Shown here in pieces: positions 38,024 through 48,497 of a stretch of DNA of 64,000 nucleotides. Each line of letters opens with the position of its first letter. Within the stretch, counting starts at the first letter, position 1. Under the pieces are notes generated by a model. The model ran no database searches, had not been told where the DNA came from, and was given only the letters and a program-made list of their open reading frames with translations. This stretch comes from Oceanispirochaeta sp. (GTDB lineage Bacteria; Spirochaetota; Spirochaetia; DSM-2461), in assembly GCA_963663385.2 (NCBI GenBank), contig CAXXXD010000003.1, forward strand, positions 192,001-256,000. The letters run 5' to 3'. The position numbers and the translations under genes were made by a program.

Positions 38024-38526
38024 AAAGGAATATATTCATTCTATTAATAATATTAATATTAGCTTTGGCAACAGCATGCTCCGTCTATTTCGAACCTCTC
38101 AATAAATTTGACAGGAACGATCCTCTGGTGGATTTTGATATAAGTGATCCGGAGAGTGAAGGGGCATCCGATGAAATCGCCCTTGGTACGGTTACCCCTA
38201 ATTCCGGTTTAATAAATGGTGATACCTACACTTTTACTATAGAAGTTACCTATAATCTTACCAGTCTTGAGGACGGGGCCGTTCTGATTACTTTTAATTA
38301 TAGCGCTGTCAACTCCCGGGACAGTCCGGAATCCGGCAGTGCCGTACAGCTGGTTTCCAATGGAGCTGATACAATTACTTTTACTGTTGAACAGACAGCC
38401 AGAGACTGGGGAAACGACGGAGACTTTATGGTTGCGGCAACCCTGTCCTCTGCCGTATACGATGAAACAGAGGGTAGTTATTCCTATAACGGTATAATAA
38501 CGGACTATGAAATCCTTACCTTTTAA
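38020..38526 (+). CDS. Hypothetical lipoprotein
   Basis: Lipobox LATAC. TTG start overlaps the previous stop. Acidic, beta-rich body. Confidence 0.7.
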   Translation: MKRNIFILLIILILALATACSVYFEPLNKFDRNDPLVDFDISDPESEGASDEIALGTVTPNSGLINGDTYTFTIEVTYNLTSLEDGAVLITFNYSAVNSRDSPESGSAVQLVSNGADTITFTVEQTARDWGNDGDFMVAATLSSAVYDETEGSYSYNGIITDYEILTF

Positions 38527-38580
38527 AGCTTAAGGGCCTGGAATAAAATCAGGTAAATAACTCAAGGCCGATTCCTTGGA

Positions 38581-39741
38581 TTAGATTCTGTTGATAAACC
38601 TTTCAATCTGCACCAGCGCTGCCCCCAGTGCGGATGACTCCACATTGTAGGTACACACCGTTACATAGGAGGCGTCATTTTCAAAGGTATTCCTATGGGA
38701 TACTCTCTCCTTCAGCTGTTCCAGATAGGGACTGATAAAGCAGCCTACTTCTCCCCCGATTATTACCTTTGAATCGTACAGCATTCTCAGATTGTTTATA
38801 ACAATGGACAGGTTATTTAAATATTCCTCCCATATAGGCTGCATCTGGCTGTCTCCGGATGCCAGTTTTTTAAAGAAAGCTTCCAGATCTCCCTTTGTTT
38901 CCCGGGAAAGAACCTTGGAGGAGCAGTAGGAATCGGCGCAGCCGGATTTTCCGCAGTAACAATTCAGTCCTCCCGGGAAGAGGGTCATATGCCCGAACTC
39001 GCAGCTGCGGTTGTTATCTCCCATATATAGAGTATCTCCCAGCGGTTCATCGCTTAGAATTTCATTGTTTTCCCGGATAAAGGTTCCTCCCATGCTCTGG
39101 CTGAGAAGTAGGTAGATGGCATTCTCGAAATGGGATTCATGGTATATTTCGGCAAATCCCGCCGAATTGGCATCGTTTATAAACACGCAGGGATCCTGGA
39201 TGAACTGAGACACAGTTGAGCAGGGGAGGTTGCTGAGGTTAAGCGCATGAGAGTAAAGGATGGTTTTATTTTCCTTGTCGATAATACCGGGAACAGACAA
39301 GCCGTATCCCAGGAACCTGGTTCCTTCCGGAATATATTTAACTTTAAACTGCTGTACCCGCTGGGCCATCTCTTTATAATAGGTGCTGTGGTTTTCAAAC
39401 AGTTTGTAGAACCTTTCATGAATGAGGATCCTGCCGGAGAGATCCGTAAGGACCAGTCCTATATGATGCCTTGTTATATCTATGCCAATAGCCGTATAGG
39501 CATCTTTTACAATAGTGATGGCTGATGCTTTTCTTCCGCCAGTAGACTGGAATTCTCCCGCTTCCTGAACAAGACCGAGGGATATAAGGTCTTTTGTATT
39601 CTGGAGTACTGTGGGTAGGCTGATGCCGAGGGCTGCGGCAATCTCCGGTTTGGAGATCCTGTCGAATTTACTTATATAACGGAATGTTCTGTTCCTGTTT
39701 ATCTTTTTTACTTCAATATTACTGGCTCTCTTATTCTTCAC
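38581..39741 (-). CDS. ROK-family transcriptional repressor
   Basis: N-terminal HTH, STGGRKA, GIDI, NDANS and EFGH...CYCGKSGC. Confidence 0.94.
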   Translation of the reverse strand: MKNKRASNIEVKKINRNRTFRYISKFDRISKPEIAAALGISLPTVLQNTKDLISLGLVQEAGEFQSTGGRKASAITIVKDAYTAIGIDITRHHIGLVLTDLSGRILIHERFYKLFENHSTYYKEMAQRVQQFKVKYIPEGTRFLGYGLSVPGIIDKENKTILYSHALNLSNLPCSTVSQFIQDPCVFINDANSAGFAEIYHESHFENAIYLLLSQSMGGTFIRENNEILSDEPLGDTLYMGDNNRSCEFGHMTLFPGGLNCYCGKSGCADSYCSSKVLSRETKGDLEAFFKKLASGDSQMQPIWEEYLNNLSIVINNLRMLYDSKVIIGGEVGCFISPYLEQLKERVSHRNTFENDASYVTVCTYNVESSALGAALVQIERFINRI

Positions 39742-39902
39742 TTTATTCCTTTATTACAGCGGGGGAATCCTCATAAAATTATATTCTTCCCGATTATATT
39801 TATCAAGCTGAGCCCCGCCATATCCTCCTGCCTATTAATGATCCATACAGTGCCGAAGAATTCATTTGACAGCTGTCTGTATAGATGATATTGTATATTC
39901 AT

Positions 39903-39929
39903 TACTTTACTAAACTATTTAATAAAGTA
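39903..39929. promoter_or_regulatory. Probable ROK (XylR/NagC-type) operator
   Basis: TACTTTA-N13-TAAAGTA inverted repeat between the ROK gene and the divergent dehydrogenase. Confidence 0.6.
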
Positions 39930-39995
39930 TTTAATAAACTGTCAATGCCTTATGGGCAGATTGATTCTAAACTATAAAACAGTAAGGAAATAAAT

Positions 39996-41030
39996 ATGAG
40001 AAAAACCATGATACAGCAGGTAATGACAAGCCCCGGGATTATTGAATTCAGGGATATACCCGTTCCGGAGCCGAAAGAAAATGAAGTGCTTGTACAGATT
40101 CAGCGGATCGGAGTATGCGGCAGCGATATCCATGTTAATCACGGGAAACACCCTTATACTTCCTACCCTGTTACGCAGGGGCACGAAGTTTCTGCCCTTA
40201 TTGAAAAATGCGGCTCCCAAGTTCAGACATTTAAAGTCGGGGACCATGTAACCATTCAGCCTCAGGTTGTCTGCGGGAGATGCTACTCCTGTACACACGG
40301 GAAATATCATATTTGTGACAGCCTGAAGGTTATGGGGTTTCAGACAACGGGAATGGCTTCCGAGTATTTTTGCTGCGATGCGGACAGGGTTCTTAAACTG
40401 CCGGAAGGAATGACCCCTGATGAAGGCGCAATGATAGAGCCTGCTGCCGTTGCCTGCCATGCCCTCTCCCGGATTCCGGACCTTAAAGGAAAGAAGATTC
40501 TTGTCATAGGCGCCGGTCCCATCGGCAACCTGGTTGCCCAGACTGCAAAGGGAAAGGGCGCCGAATCCGTTATGATAACGGATCTGAGCGATTTCAGACT
40601 GAATATAGCCTCCCGAGTCGGTATAGACCATGCTGTTAATGCAGGCAGGGGAAACCTGAATGATGCGGTTATTAAGGCTTTCGGCAGGGATAAAGCGGAT
40701 GCCATTTTTGAATGCGTCGGAGCTCAGGGAACGATTGACAATGCCATTGGTTGTGCCAGGAAAGGTACTGATATTGTAATCGTCGGTGTTTTCGGGGATA
40801 AGCCTATGGTGGACCTGGGGCTTCTGCAGGACAGGGAGCTCAGGATTATCGGTACAGCTATGTATCAGACCGGGGATTACAGGGACGCCATTCGTCTTGT
40901 GCAGGAAAAAAAAGTACTGCTTGATCCTCTGATGACCGATCACTTTGCATTTGAAGAGTATGAAAAAGCTTACTCCTACATTGATGAGCGAAAAGACCGG
41001 GCTATGAAAGTTTTTATTGATATTAACTGA
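39996..41030 (+). CDS. Zinc-binding (sorbitol/polyol-type) alcohol dehydrogenase
   Basis: GVCGSD, GHE, structural Zn CGRCYSC..C and GAGPIG. Confidence 0.94.
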   Translation: MRKTMIQQVMTSPGIIEFRDIPVPEPKENEVLVQIQRIGVCGSDIHVNHGKHPYTSYPVTQGHEVSALIEKCGSQVQTFKVGDHVTIQPQVVCGRCYSCTHGKYHICDSLKVMGFQTTGMASEYFCCDADRVLKLPEGMTPDEGAMIEPAAVACHALSRIPDLKGKKILVIGAGPIGNLVAQTAKGKGAESVMITDLSDFRLNIASRVGIDHAVNAGRGNLNDAVIKAFGRDKADAIFECVGAQGTIDNAIGCARKGTDIVIVGVFGDKPMVDLGLLQDRELRIIGTAMYQTGDYRDAIRLVQEKKVLLDPLMTDHFAFEEYEKAYSYIDERKDRAMKVFIDIN

Positions 41031-41037
41031 GGTGATA

Positions 41038-41940
41038 ATGGATAAACTGAAAACCCTCTGTTTCGGAGAGATTCTGTTTGATCGCATTGATGGGGATTAT
41101 CACTTTGGAGGGGCACCTGTCAATGTGGCTATTCATTTGGCCAGGCTGGGCGCCCGGAGCAGTATACTGAGCGCTGTCAGCAGGGATGAACTGGGTCTGA
41201 AGGCCCTGTCTGTTCTGGAGAAGGAGGGGGTTGTTACAAATTTCCTCCATACCGATTCTTCCAAACCCACAGGTACTGTAGATGCTGTTATCCGGGATGG
41301 TATGCCTTTTTATGATATAAAGGAAAATGTTGCCTGGGACTCTATCCAAATAGCGAATAAAGCGGCTATTGAGAATCACCAGTGGGATCTCCTGTATTGC
41401 GGCACCCTGGCACAGAGAACGGAAGAGAACAGGAATACCCTGAAATACCTTATGGAAAACCTGTGTTACAGGCAGCTTTTCTTTGATGTAAACCTGAGGC
41501 AGCACTATTTTTCAAGGGAAATTATCGAAGAAACCCTGGCCTATACCACGATTCTGAAGCTCAGCGTTCAGGAGCAGCCGGTTCTCAGTCGCCTGCTTTT
41601 TGAAAAGGAACTGGATGATATCTCCTTTTTTGCAGAGTTAATCGCCCTGTATCCTTTGGAACTGATGATCCTGACCAGGGGAGCCGAGGGTTCTGATTTC
41701 TACTTCCAGGCTATACCGGATGAAGTGTTCTCCTGTAAAACGGGGAGTGTGGACGTAGTTGATACAGTCGGGGCGGGAGACAGTTTTTCCGGAACTTTCC
41801 TGTACTTTTTTCTGAATGGGGATCGTCTGTATAAGGCTGCCGAAAAGGCTTCTTTAATGGCTGACTATATTGTCAGCCATTCCGGAGCGCTTCCGGTACT
41901 GGACTCCAGGATTAAAAGAGAACTGGGGCTATTGGCATAG
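41038..41940 (+). CDS. PfkB-family carbohydrate kinase (fructokinase-like)
   Basis: GGAPVNVA, DVNLR and DTVGAGDSF. ATG 41038 follows GAGGTG. Confidence 0.94.
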   Translation: MDKLKTLCFGEILFDRIDGDYHFGGAPVNVAIHLARLGARSSILSAVSRDELGLKALSVLEKEGVVTNFLHTDSSKPTGTVDAVIRDGMPFYDIKENVAWDSIQIANKAAIENHQWDLLYCGTLAQRTEENRNTLKYLMENLCYRQLFFDVNLRQHYFSREIIEETLAYTTILKLSVQEQPVLSRLLFEKELDDISFFAELIALYPLELMILTRGAEGSDFYFQAIPDEVFSCKTGSVDVVDTVGAGDSFSGTFLYFFLNGDRLYKAAEKASLMADYIVSHSGALPVLDSRIKRELGLLA

Positions 41941-41984
41941 GGGAGGAGTCAATACTGTTTCTGAATTTCGAAGGGGCTTCTCAT

Positions 41985-42926
41985 CTAAAAAAAGTGAAAC
42001 TCAGATGAATTGTGTCTCTCCGCTTCCATAAAATGTCCCTTTTTATTTCTGAATCTGTAAATCTCCTGGCTTTTAAAATGCCGTTTCCTTTCCAGTCTGT
42101 ATGCGGTGGGAGAGAGTCCGATATGAACCTTGAATGCTCTGCTGAGGGAAAAGACGTTTTCATATCCCACGAGTTCGGCAATTTCCGTAATGGATTTATC
42201 CGATGTGGACAAGTAGAACATGGCATCAGTCAGGCGAACTTCAATCATATACTGTCCCAGTGCAATTCCCATAACCTTCCTGAACGATTTTCGAAGGTAG
42301 CTTTCAGAATAACCGACTTCGCAGCTCAATTCCTTTATAGTTAATGATTTGTTTTTGTAAATGCGGCGGCAAAGGTCTCCGACCAGCTGGGAGCTCTTCA
42401 TTTTTTTATACAGATCATCCTCTATAATTCTCTTTTGTCCGGCCAGATTGGCCATTAACGCACCAACCTGGAAGGGGAGTTCCATTGTTCTGTTTTCCGT
42501 AAAGGCTGTATAGCAGGATTCCAGCAGTTTGATTGAACCGGAATCAAACTGACGCGCCATGTACCGGAAGGTTTCCCAGTACAGGTTATCAGTCATTTCA
42601 AATGTGATTAATGTCAGGGAGAGCCCCTTCTCCTGCTCTATAATAAAACGGTGATACTGATAGGGCAGTATCAGTATATAGCAGTGATGGTCCAGGTATA
42701 TATGTTTACTGTCCAGCTGCATCCTTATGGGAACCCCCGTATTCATAACAAGAACATTCCTGTAATGGAAATCCGTATACAGCTGAAGTTCTGTTGCCGA
42801 TACGGTGTCACGGTAAAACATCAGGATATTCCGGGGAGGGGAGAAATAGGGTTCTCCGTACCCCTGAAAATAATCTTCAGGATTTTTAAGTTCTCTGAAT
42901 TTTTCCAGCAGTTTTTCGTATGTCAT
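41985..42926 (-). CDS. AraC-family transcriptional regulator
   Basis: Cupin-like N-terminus. HTH SITEIAELVGYENVFSLSRAFK..IGLSP. Confidence 0.92.
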   Translation of the reverse strand: MTYEKLLEKFRELKNPEDYFQGYGEPYFSPPRNILMFYRDTVSATELQLYTDFHYRNVLVMNTGVPIRMQLDSKHIYLDHHCYILILPYQYHRFIIEQEKGLSLTLITFEMTDNLYWETFRYMARQFDSGSIKLLESCYTAFTENRTMELPFQVGALMANLAGQKRIIEDDLYKKMKSSQLVGDLCRRIYKNKSLTIKELSCEVGYSESYLRKSFRKVMGIALGQYMIEVRLTDAMFYLSTSDKSITEIAELVGYENVFSLSRAFKVHIGLSPTAYRLERKRHFKSQEIYRFRNKKGHFMEAERHNSSEFHFF

Positions 42927-43041
42927 TCCTTATTTATGTCCCGGATTTGTTAAAAATACAAGTGTTTTTTGCTATTCCTTTTTCAAAAGAACAGCAAGAT
43001 AATACCTTCATAATCTATAAATAAAATAAGGATATAAAAAA

Positions 43042-44286
43042 ATGCAACCAATTACTGCAGTCATAATCGGAGCGGGTTCGCGTGGTAACGTCTATGCTTC
43101 CTATGCTGAAAAATATCCTCAGGAATTGAAAATTACAGCCCTGGCGGACAGGGATCCGCAAAGACGAAACAGTATGGCGGTAAAGCATGATATACCGGAA
43201 AACAGGTGCTTTGATTCATGGGAAAGCCTTCTGAAACAGGATAAAATGGCAGATGTAGCCTTTATCTGTACTCAGGATGCCATGCATGTGGAACCGGCTG
43301 CAGCCGCCATGAACAAAGGCTATGATCTGTTTCTGGAAAAACCGATCGCACCGGATGAAGAGGGTTGCAGAACCCTTTTCAGGGAATATCAGAAGCATGA
43401 CAGGGTTGTGGCAGTTGCCCATGTTCTCAGGTACACCCCTTTTTTTATGACATTGAAAGACTTAATCAACAAGGGTGTTCTAGGAAGAATCTGTGGTATT
43501 CAGCACAACGAAAATGTGGGACACATCCATTACTCCCACAGCTTTGTCAGGGGCAACTGGCGCCGGAGGGACGAATCCTCCCCCATGATTCTGGCCAAAA
43601 GCTGTCATGATATGGATATCCTCCTTTATCTGGCCGGATCGGACTGTCTCAAACTGTCATCCTATGGCGCCCGTAATATATTCCGCCCGGAAAACAGGCC
43701 GGAAGGTGCTCCCGACCGCTGTCTGCAGGGGTGTCCTCACCGTGTAAGCTGCCCTTATTTCGCACCCAAAATCTACCAGAGCGGATCAAAAAACTGGCCA
43801 GTTGACGTGATCACCGCGGATCTCAGTGCAGAGGGGATCAGCAAGGCTTTGAAAGAAGGGCCTTACGGACGCTGTGTCTATGCCTGTGACAACGATGTGA
43901 TAGAGCATCAGACTGTAAATCTGGAATTTGAAAACGGGATACCCGCCGTATTTACCATGAGCGCTTTTACGGGAGAAACCTGCCGTACCATTAAAATCCT
44001 GGGCGATAAAGCGGAGCTGCGGGGGCATATGGAAAAAAGGGAGATAGAGATCTTCGACTTCTCTACACGTCAGACCCGAAAAATAGAGCTGGGTGATTTT
44101 GCAGAAGGTCATGGCGGCGGTGATACGGGCATTGTCAGGGATTTTTTGATCCACTTGAATGACCGTTCGGTCGAACTTCCCAGCAGCCTGGACAAGGCAT
44201 TTCAGAGCCATATGATGGCGTTTGCTGCAGATCATTCCAGGCTGGAAGACCGGTCTGTGAGTATGAAGGATTTTAACAGGAATTGA
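43042..44286 (+). CDS. Gfo/Idh/MocA-family oxidoreductase
   Basis: IIGAGSRG, EKP, HVLRY, AKSCHDMD and GHGGGD. Confidence 0.94.
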   Translation: MQPITAVIIGAGSRGNVYASYAEKYPQELKITALADRDPQRRNSMAVKHDIPENRCFDSWESLLKQDKMADVAFICTQDAMHVEPAAAAMNKGYDLFLEKPIAPDEEGCRTLFREYQKHDRVVAVAHVLRYTPFFMTLKDLINKGVLGRICGIQHNENVGHIHYSHSFVRGNWRRRDESSPMILAKSCHDMDILLYLAGSDCLKLSSYGARNIFRPENRPEGAPDRCLQGCPHRVSCPYFAPKIYQSGSKNWPVDVITADLSAEGISKALKEGPYGRCVYACDNDVIEHQTVNLEFENGIPAVFTMSAFTGETCRTIKILGDKAELRGHMEKREIEIFDFSTRQTRKIELGDFAEGHGGGDTGIVRDFLIHLNDRSVELPSSLDKAFQSHMMAFAADHSRLEDRSVSMKDFNRN

Positions 44287-44321
44287 AAACTGCGGTTTTT
44301 AAAATAAAGAGGAGAACGGAT

Positions 44322-45587
44322 ATGAAAAGATTCTGTTGTGTGTTATTTATTGTGTCGGCCTGCTTTACCCTTGCGGCTAACGGGCAGGGGGAAGACGGAG
44401 GAAAGGATGTATCCCTGAATATGATGTATTGGGATAATGTGCAGAAACCGGTTATAGACAAAACTCTGGAAGAGTTTGAAGCGGCTAATCCGGGTGTAAC
44501 GGTTAATACGACCGTAGTTCCCTGGGGACAATACTGGGAGAAGCTTCAGACAACAGCTGTTGCCGGAACCGCTCCCGATGTATTCTGGATGAATGTGCCC
44601 AATTTTCCGAAATATTCATCCAATAAGCTGCTGCTTAACCTTCAGCCCTACCTGGATCAGGATGGAATCGACACTTCCGTTTATCCTCAGGCTCTTATTG
44701 AAAAATACTCATACAATGGTGATATCCAGGTTATTCCCGAGCAGTTCGACACAATCGCCCTGGCTTTCAATAAAGCTATGTTCGACCAAGCCGGAATGGC
44801 GTACCCCGATGATTCCTGGGACTGGGAAGACCTGAGAAATGCCGCTGTTCAGCTGACAAAAGAGACTCCCGACGGAAAACAGTTCGGTTTTGTTTCAACC
44901 CATGAGAGTCAGAGCGGCTATTATAACTTTATGGTCATGAACGACGGCGATATTATATCCGCTGACTGGAAAAAGTCCGGTTTTGACAGAAAAGGGAGTA
45001 TTGAAGCCATACAGTTTCTGGTGGATATGATGTATAAGGACAAGTGCGCTCCCGAAGGACAGCAGATTCTCGAACTGAATAATCCGGCAGATATGTTCAG
45101 CTCCGGAAAGGCTGCCATGATCACCATCGGTTCCTGGTATGTTCCCGTTGTCTATCAGGCTCTGGGGGACAAGGTCGATGTAGCGCCTCTGCCTATGAGT
45201 CCTTCAACAGGCGAGCGGAAAACCATTATTCACGGTCTGGGCTGGGCCGGTTACAGCAACAGCAAGGCAAAGGATACAACCTGGAAACTGCTGAAAGCAA
45301 TGACTTCGAGGGAATTCAGCGCCGATCTGGCGGAATCCGGTATTACCATTCCCAGTTATGAAGGGATGGCGGAAGACTGGGTACAGGCTATACCCTCCAT
45401 GAATCTGCAGATTTTTGTGGATGCTCAGTCCTACTCTCACCCCTATCCTGTATCCCATAAAACATCTGAATGGATGGCAGTGGAGACCAGAGAACTGAAG
45501 GACGTCTGGCTTGGATACAAATCACCGGAAGAAGCCATGATGACCATTGCCCGAGAGATGAATAAAATCCTGGAAACAGAAAAATAA
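44322..45587 (+). CDS. Sugar ABC solute-binding protein
   Basis: Signal ...AANGQGE, APDVFW and FNKAMFD. ATG 44322 follows GGAG. Confidence 0.93.
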   Translation: MKRFCCVLFIVSACFTLAANGQGEDGGKDVSLNMMYWDNVQKPVIDKTLEEFEAANPGVTVNTTVVPWGQYWEKLQTTAVAGTAPDVFWMNVPNFPKYSSNKLLLNLQPYLDQDGIDTSVYPQALIEKYSYNGDIQVIPEQFDTIALAFNKAMFDQAGMAYPDDSWDWEDLRNAAVQLTKETPDGKQFGFVSTHESQSGYYNFMVMNDGDIISADWKKSGFDRKGSIEAIQFLVDMMYKDKCAPEGQQILELNNPADMFSSGKAAMITIGSWYVPVVYQALGDKVDVAPLPMSPSTGERKTIIHGLGWAGYSNSKAKDTTWKLLKAMTSREFSADLAESGITIPSYEGMAEDWVQAIPSMNLQIFVDAQSYSHPYPVSHKTSEWMAVETRELKDVWLGYKSPEEAMMTIAREMNKILETEK

Positions 45588-45657
45588 TCTAACATATTGT
45601 ATAAATACCAAGGGCCCCGCAGGGCCCTGTTTACTGCACGGGGGAGGAATGTAAATC

Positions 45658-46554
45658 ATGAATATCAAGTTTTGGCAGAAGGATTCGGTTCAGGGGTATC
45701 TGATGATTGCTCCCAACTCAATCGGTCTGATAGTTTTTTACATCTTTCCTATTCTGGTTTCCATATTCTTAGGGCTTTTTGAATGGAACGGCTTATCTTC
45801 TCCGGTCTGGACAGGTCTGGGTAACTACTCTGCCATATTCAGGGATGAATTGTTTTACCACTCCCTGAAGAATACCTTTATCTACACTGTTACGGTTGTA
45901 CCTGTTATTGTCGTTTTTACAATTCTTTTCGGTGTTCTGCTGGTCAGTGAAGAGAGTCGGAGCCGCGAATATATGCGTCTGCTATATCTGCTGCCTGTAA
46001 TGACAATGCCCGCTGCGGCGGCACTGATCTGGAAGTGGATGCTGAATCTTGAATTCGGTCTGGTGAATACAGTTATTAAAACTCTTGGCTTTCATGCGGT
46101 CCCCTGGCTGTCCAGTCCCGATTATGTCTTGATCTCCGTCATGTTTATCGGGATCTGGCTGGGTTTCGCTTTTAATCTGATTATTGTCATTTCCGGGTTG
46201 AGAGGGATTCCCGAAACCTACTATGAAGCGGCCAGGATAGACGGAGCTTCCATTTTCCGGCGCTTTTTCTCAATAACACTGCCCATGCTGACTCCGACGA
46301 TTTTCTTTGTGGTTGTAACCCAGCTGATTGCCTGTTTTCAGGTTTTTGATACAGCCTTCATTATTCTCGGCGCTTCTCCTTCGGGAGTGCTGAAAAACGC
46401 CGCCAATACACTGGTTATAAGTATCTATGAGAACGGATTCATTTTCTTTAAAATGGGATATTCCGCTGCTCAGGCATTTGTTCTTTTTCTGATTATCCTG
46501 ATTATTACGGTTATACAATTCAGAGGCCAGAAGAAATGGGTCCATTACAGTTAG
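45658..46554 (+). CDS. Carbohydrate ABC permease
   Basis: YYEAARIDGA...ITLPMLTP. Confidence 0.94.
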   Translation: MNIKFWQKDSVQGYLMIAPNSIGLIVFYIFPILVSIFLGLFEWNGLSSPVWTGLGNYSAIFRDELFYHSLKNTFIYTVTVVPVIVVFTILFGVLLVSEESRSREYMRLLYLLPVMTMPAAAALIWKWMLNLEFGLVNTVIKTLGFHAVPWLSSPDYVLISVMFIGIWLGFAFNLIIVISGLRGIPETYYEAARIDGASIFRRFFSITLPMLTPTIFFVVVTQLIACFQVFDTAFIILGASPSGVLKNAANTLVISIYENGFIFFKMGYSAAQAFVLFLIILIITVIQFRGQKKWVHYS

Positions 46555-46566
46555 GAGTAATTCATT

Positions 46567-47388
46567 ATGAATAATACAAAGAAAAAATATATGCTCGATA
46601 CGATTATTCTGTTTTTCGGTTTGATAATGGCCATGCCCTTTATCTGGATGATTCTATCATCTTTTAAAACAGAAACGGAACTTATGCAGGTACCGCCCAG
46701 CTTTTTCCCCGAAATATTGAACTGGCAGAATTACGGGGATATTATGTATAACATCCCTTTTCTGCTGTTCTACCGGAATACAATCATCATTACCCTGATG
46801 AGAACGGCAGCACAGGTTCTGTTCTGTTCCATGGCGGCCTTCGCCTTTGCAAAAATCCCTTTCAAGGGGAAGGAGATCATCTTTCTGAGCCTTCTTTCGG
46901 TTCTTATGATACCGCCCCAGATGATCCTCGTTCCCAATTATATGATTATGAGAAATCTCGGACTGATTGATACCCTGACCGGGGTGGCTCTTCCTGGGAT
47001 GTTCAGCGCCTTCGGGATGTTTCTGCTCAGACAGTTCTATATGACCCTTCCGGATGAACTGATGGATGCAGGAAAGATTGACGGGTGTTCCTACTTTATG
47101 ATATTCAGAAAACTGCTTTTCCCCTTAACAAAGGCAGCTGTTATGGCTCTGGTTATTTTTACTGTCATGTACTCCTGGAATGATCTTCTGTGGCCTCTTA
47201 TTATCAGTTCCTCCGACGAAACCCGTGTCCTTTCCGTAGGGATTGCCCTGATGCAGGGACAGAACAGAATATTCTATAATCAGATTATGGCGGGGGCTGT
47301 TATGGCTACCCTTCCGGTACTTCTTATTTTTACGCTGTTACAGAAGTATTTTGTCGCCGGGATTGCCATGACCGGTCTGAAGGGGTAG
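46567..47388 (+). CDS. Carbohydrate ABC permease
   Basis: LMDAGKIDGC, WNDLLWPL and AMTGLKG. Confidence 0.94.
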   Translation: MNNTKKKYMLDTIILFFGLIMAMPFIWMILSSFKTETELMQVPPSFFPEILNWQNYGDIMYNIPFLLFYRNTIIITLMRTAAQVLFCSMAAFAFAKIPFKGKEIIFLSLLSVLMIPPQMILVPNYMIMRNLGLIDTLTGVALPGMFSAFGMFLLRQFYMTLPDELMDAGKIDGCSYFMIFRKLLFPLTKAAVMALVIFTVMYSWNDLLWPLIISSSDETRVLSVGIALMQGQNRIFYNQIMAGAVMATLPVLLIFTLLQKYFVAGIAMTGLKG

Positions 47389-47465
47389 TTCCTACTGAAA
47401 GAGGGCCGGTTTTCTAATGAGGGACATTGAAGGGAAGGATAAAAAAAATATACTATACTTTAACT

Positions 47466-48248
47466 ATGAATAAAGTCCTGTTTTTTCTATTAATTGCCCT
47501 GATATACGTTTCCTGTACCACCGGTTCCCCCCGCAACAGGGGAAGCCTCAGTGACGCCATGGATAAGTCCCGGGATGATTATGAGGATGAACGGACTGTG
47601 CCGGACGAGCAGGATGAGTGGTACTACGATGCGCCCGAAGAAGAACCGGAATATGAAGACTCTGAGGAAGGCGCTCCCGATTATTACTATTCATCCTATC
47701 CTACGGAAGCCCAGGATGTTTTTATCCTGCTGAGGGGCGGGGCTTCCCTGGTCAGCGATCCCTATTTTGATAATCCCCTGGATGGAGAAGTGCTGATCGG
47801 CAGCAGCAGCGAAGGCAACTTCGGATTTTTCCTTTTTGCCGGATTTAAAGCCCTGACAGTTCAAAAAGACGATGATATTTACGAGAGCATAGAGAATAAG
47901 CCTTTTATCCTTCATTGCGGTCTGGAAACCCGGTTCTATCCGCTGAAAGACTGGACCCTGTTTTCTCCCTATCTGACCGGGCGTGTCTCTGCATTTGTTC
48001 TGGCCTGGTCCTATAAGAACGCTTTGATCGCCGGTGATGATACCATCTACACAGACTTTCTCAGCGGATTCGGGTTCGATGCCGGTGCGGGGGTCGACCT
48101 GATTCAGACAGAACAGTTCCGGGCCGGAGTACTGCTCCTGCCTCAGGGGTTCCTGTTCGGTGTGGAAACGGCGGAAGGGTTTAATAACGATGTATTTGAT
48201 GCCTACGGAACCGTACGCTGGTCGGCAGAAGCCGGTTTCCGGATCTGA
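47466..48248 (+). CDS. Hypothetical lipoprotein with acidic linker and beta-barrel-like C-terminus
   Basis: Lipobox IYVSC, a D/E/Y-rich segment and amphipathic strands ending AGFRI. Confidence 0.65.
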   Translation: MNKVLFFLLIALIYVSCTTGSPRNRGSLSDAMDKSRDDYEDERTVPDEQDEWYYDAPEEEPEYEDSEEGAPDYYYSSYPTEAQDVFILLRGGASLVSDPYFDNPLDGEVLIGSSSEGNFGFFLFAGFKALTVQKDDDIYESIENKPFILHCGLETRFYPLKDWTLFSPYLTGRVSAFVLAWSYKNALIAGDDTIYTDFLSGFGFDAGAGVDLIQTEQFRAGVLLLPQGFLFGVETAEGFNNDVFDAYGTVRWSAEAGFRI

Positions 48249-48390
48249 ATCCGAATGCTGTTCGGCGGGTTGTATTCTATCCTTTCCGTTCCCTGATTTT
48301 TATTGCAACTATGTCTCTGCGGGGGGGGAAAACCTGAAATCTCCCGAAATAATCCGAAAATGCCAAAACAGGCTCCTTTCAGTTAGTAAT

Positions 48391-48419
48391 TTAACCGTAA
48401 TCTAACAATTCTTTTAATA
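48391..48419 (+). promoter_or_regulatory. Putative Pho box upstream of pstS
   Basis: TTAACC-N5-CTAACA-N6-TTAATA repeats. The same pattern recurs upstream of pstC. Confidence 0.6.
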
Positions 48420-48497
48420 AATCCTGATGTTTAAACAGGATTATGAGCTCAACTTAAATAGCCTGATGTTAATGATTATTACAAGGAGTTTTAAATC

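Noticed and set aside
32868..38560. Intact integrative element or prophage at tRNA-Leu
   Set aside because: No integrase, transposase or clean att duplication is visible.
39972..41087. 371-aa minus-strand ORF
   Set aside because: Antisense shadow of the Zn-dehydrogenase.
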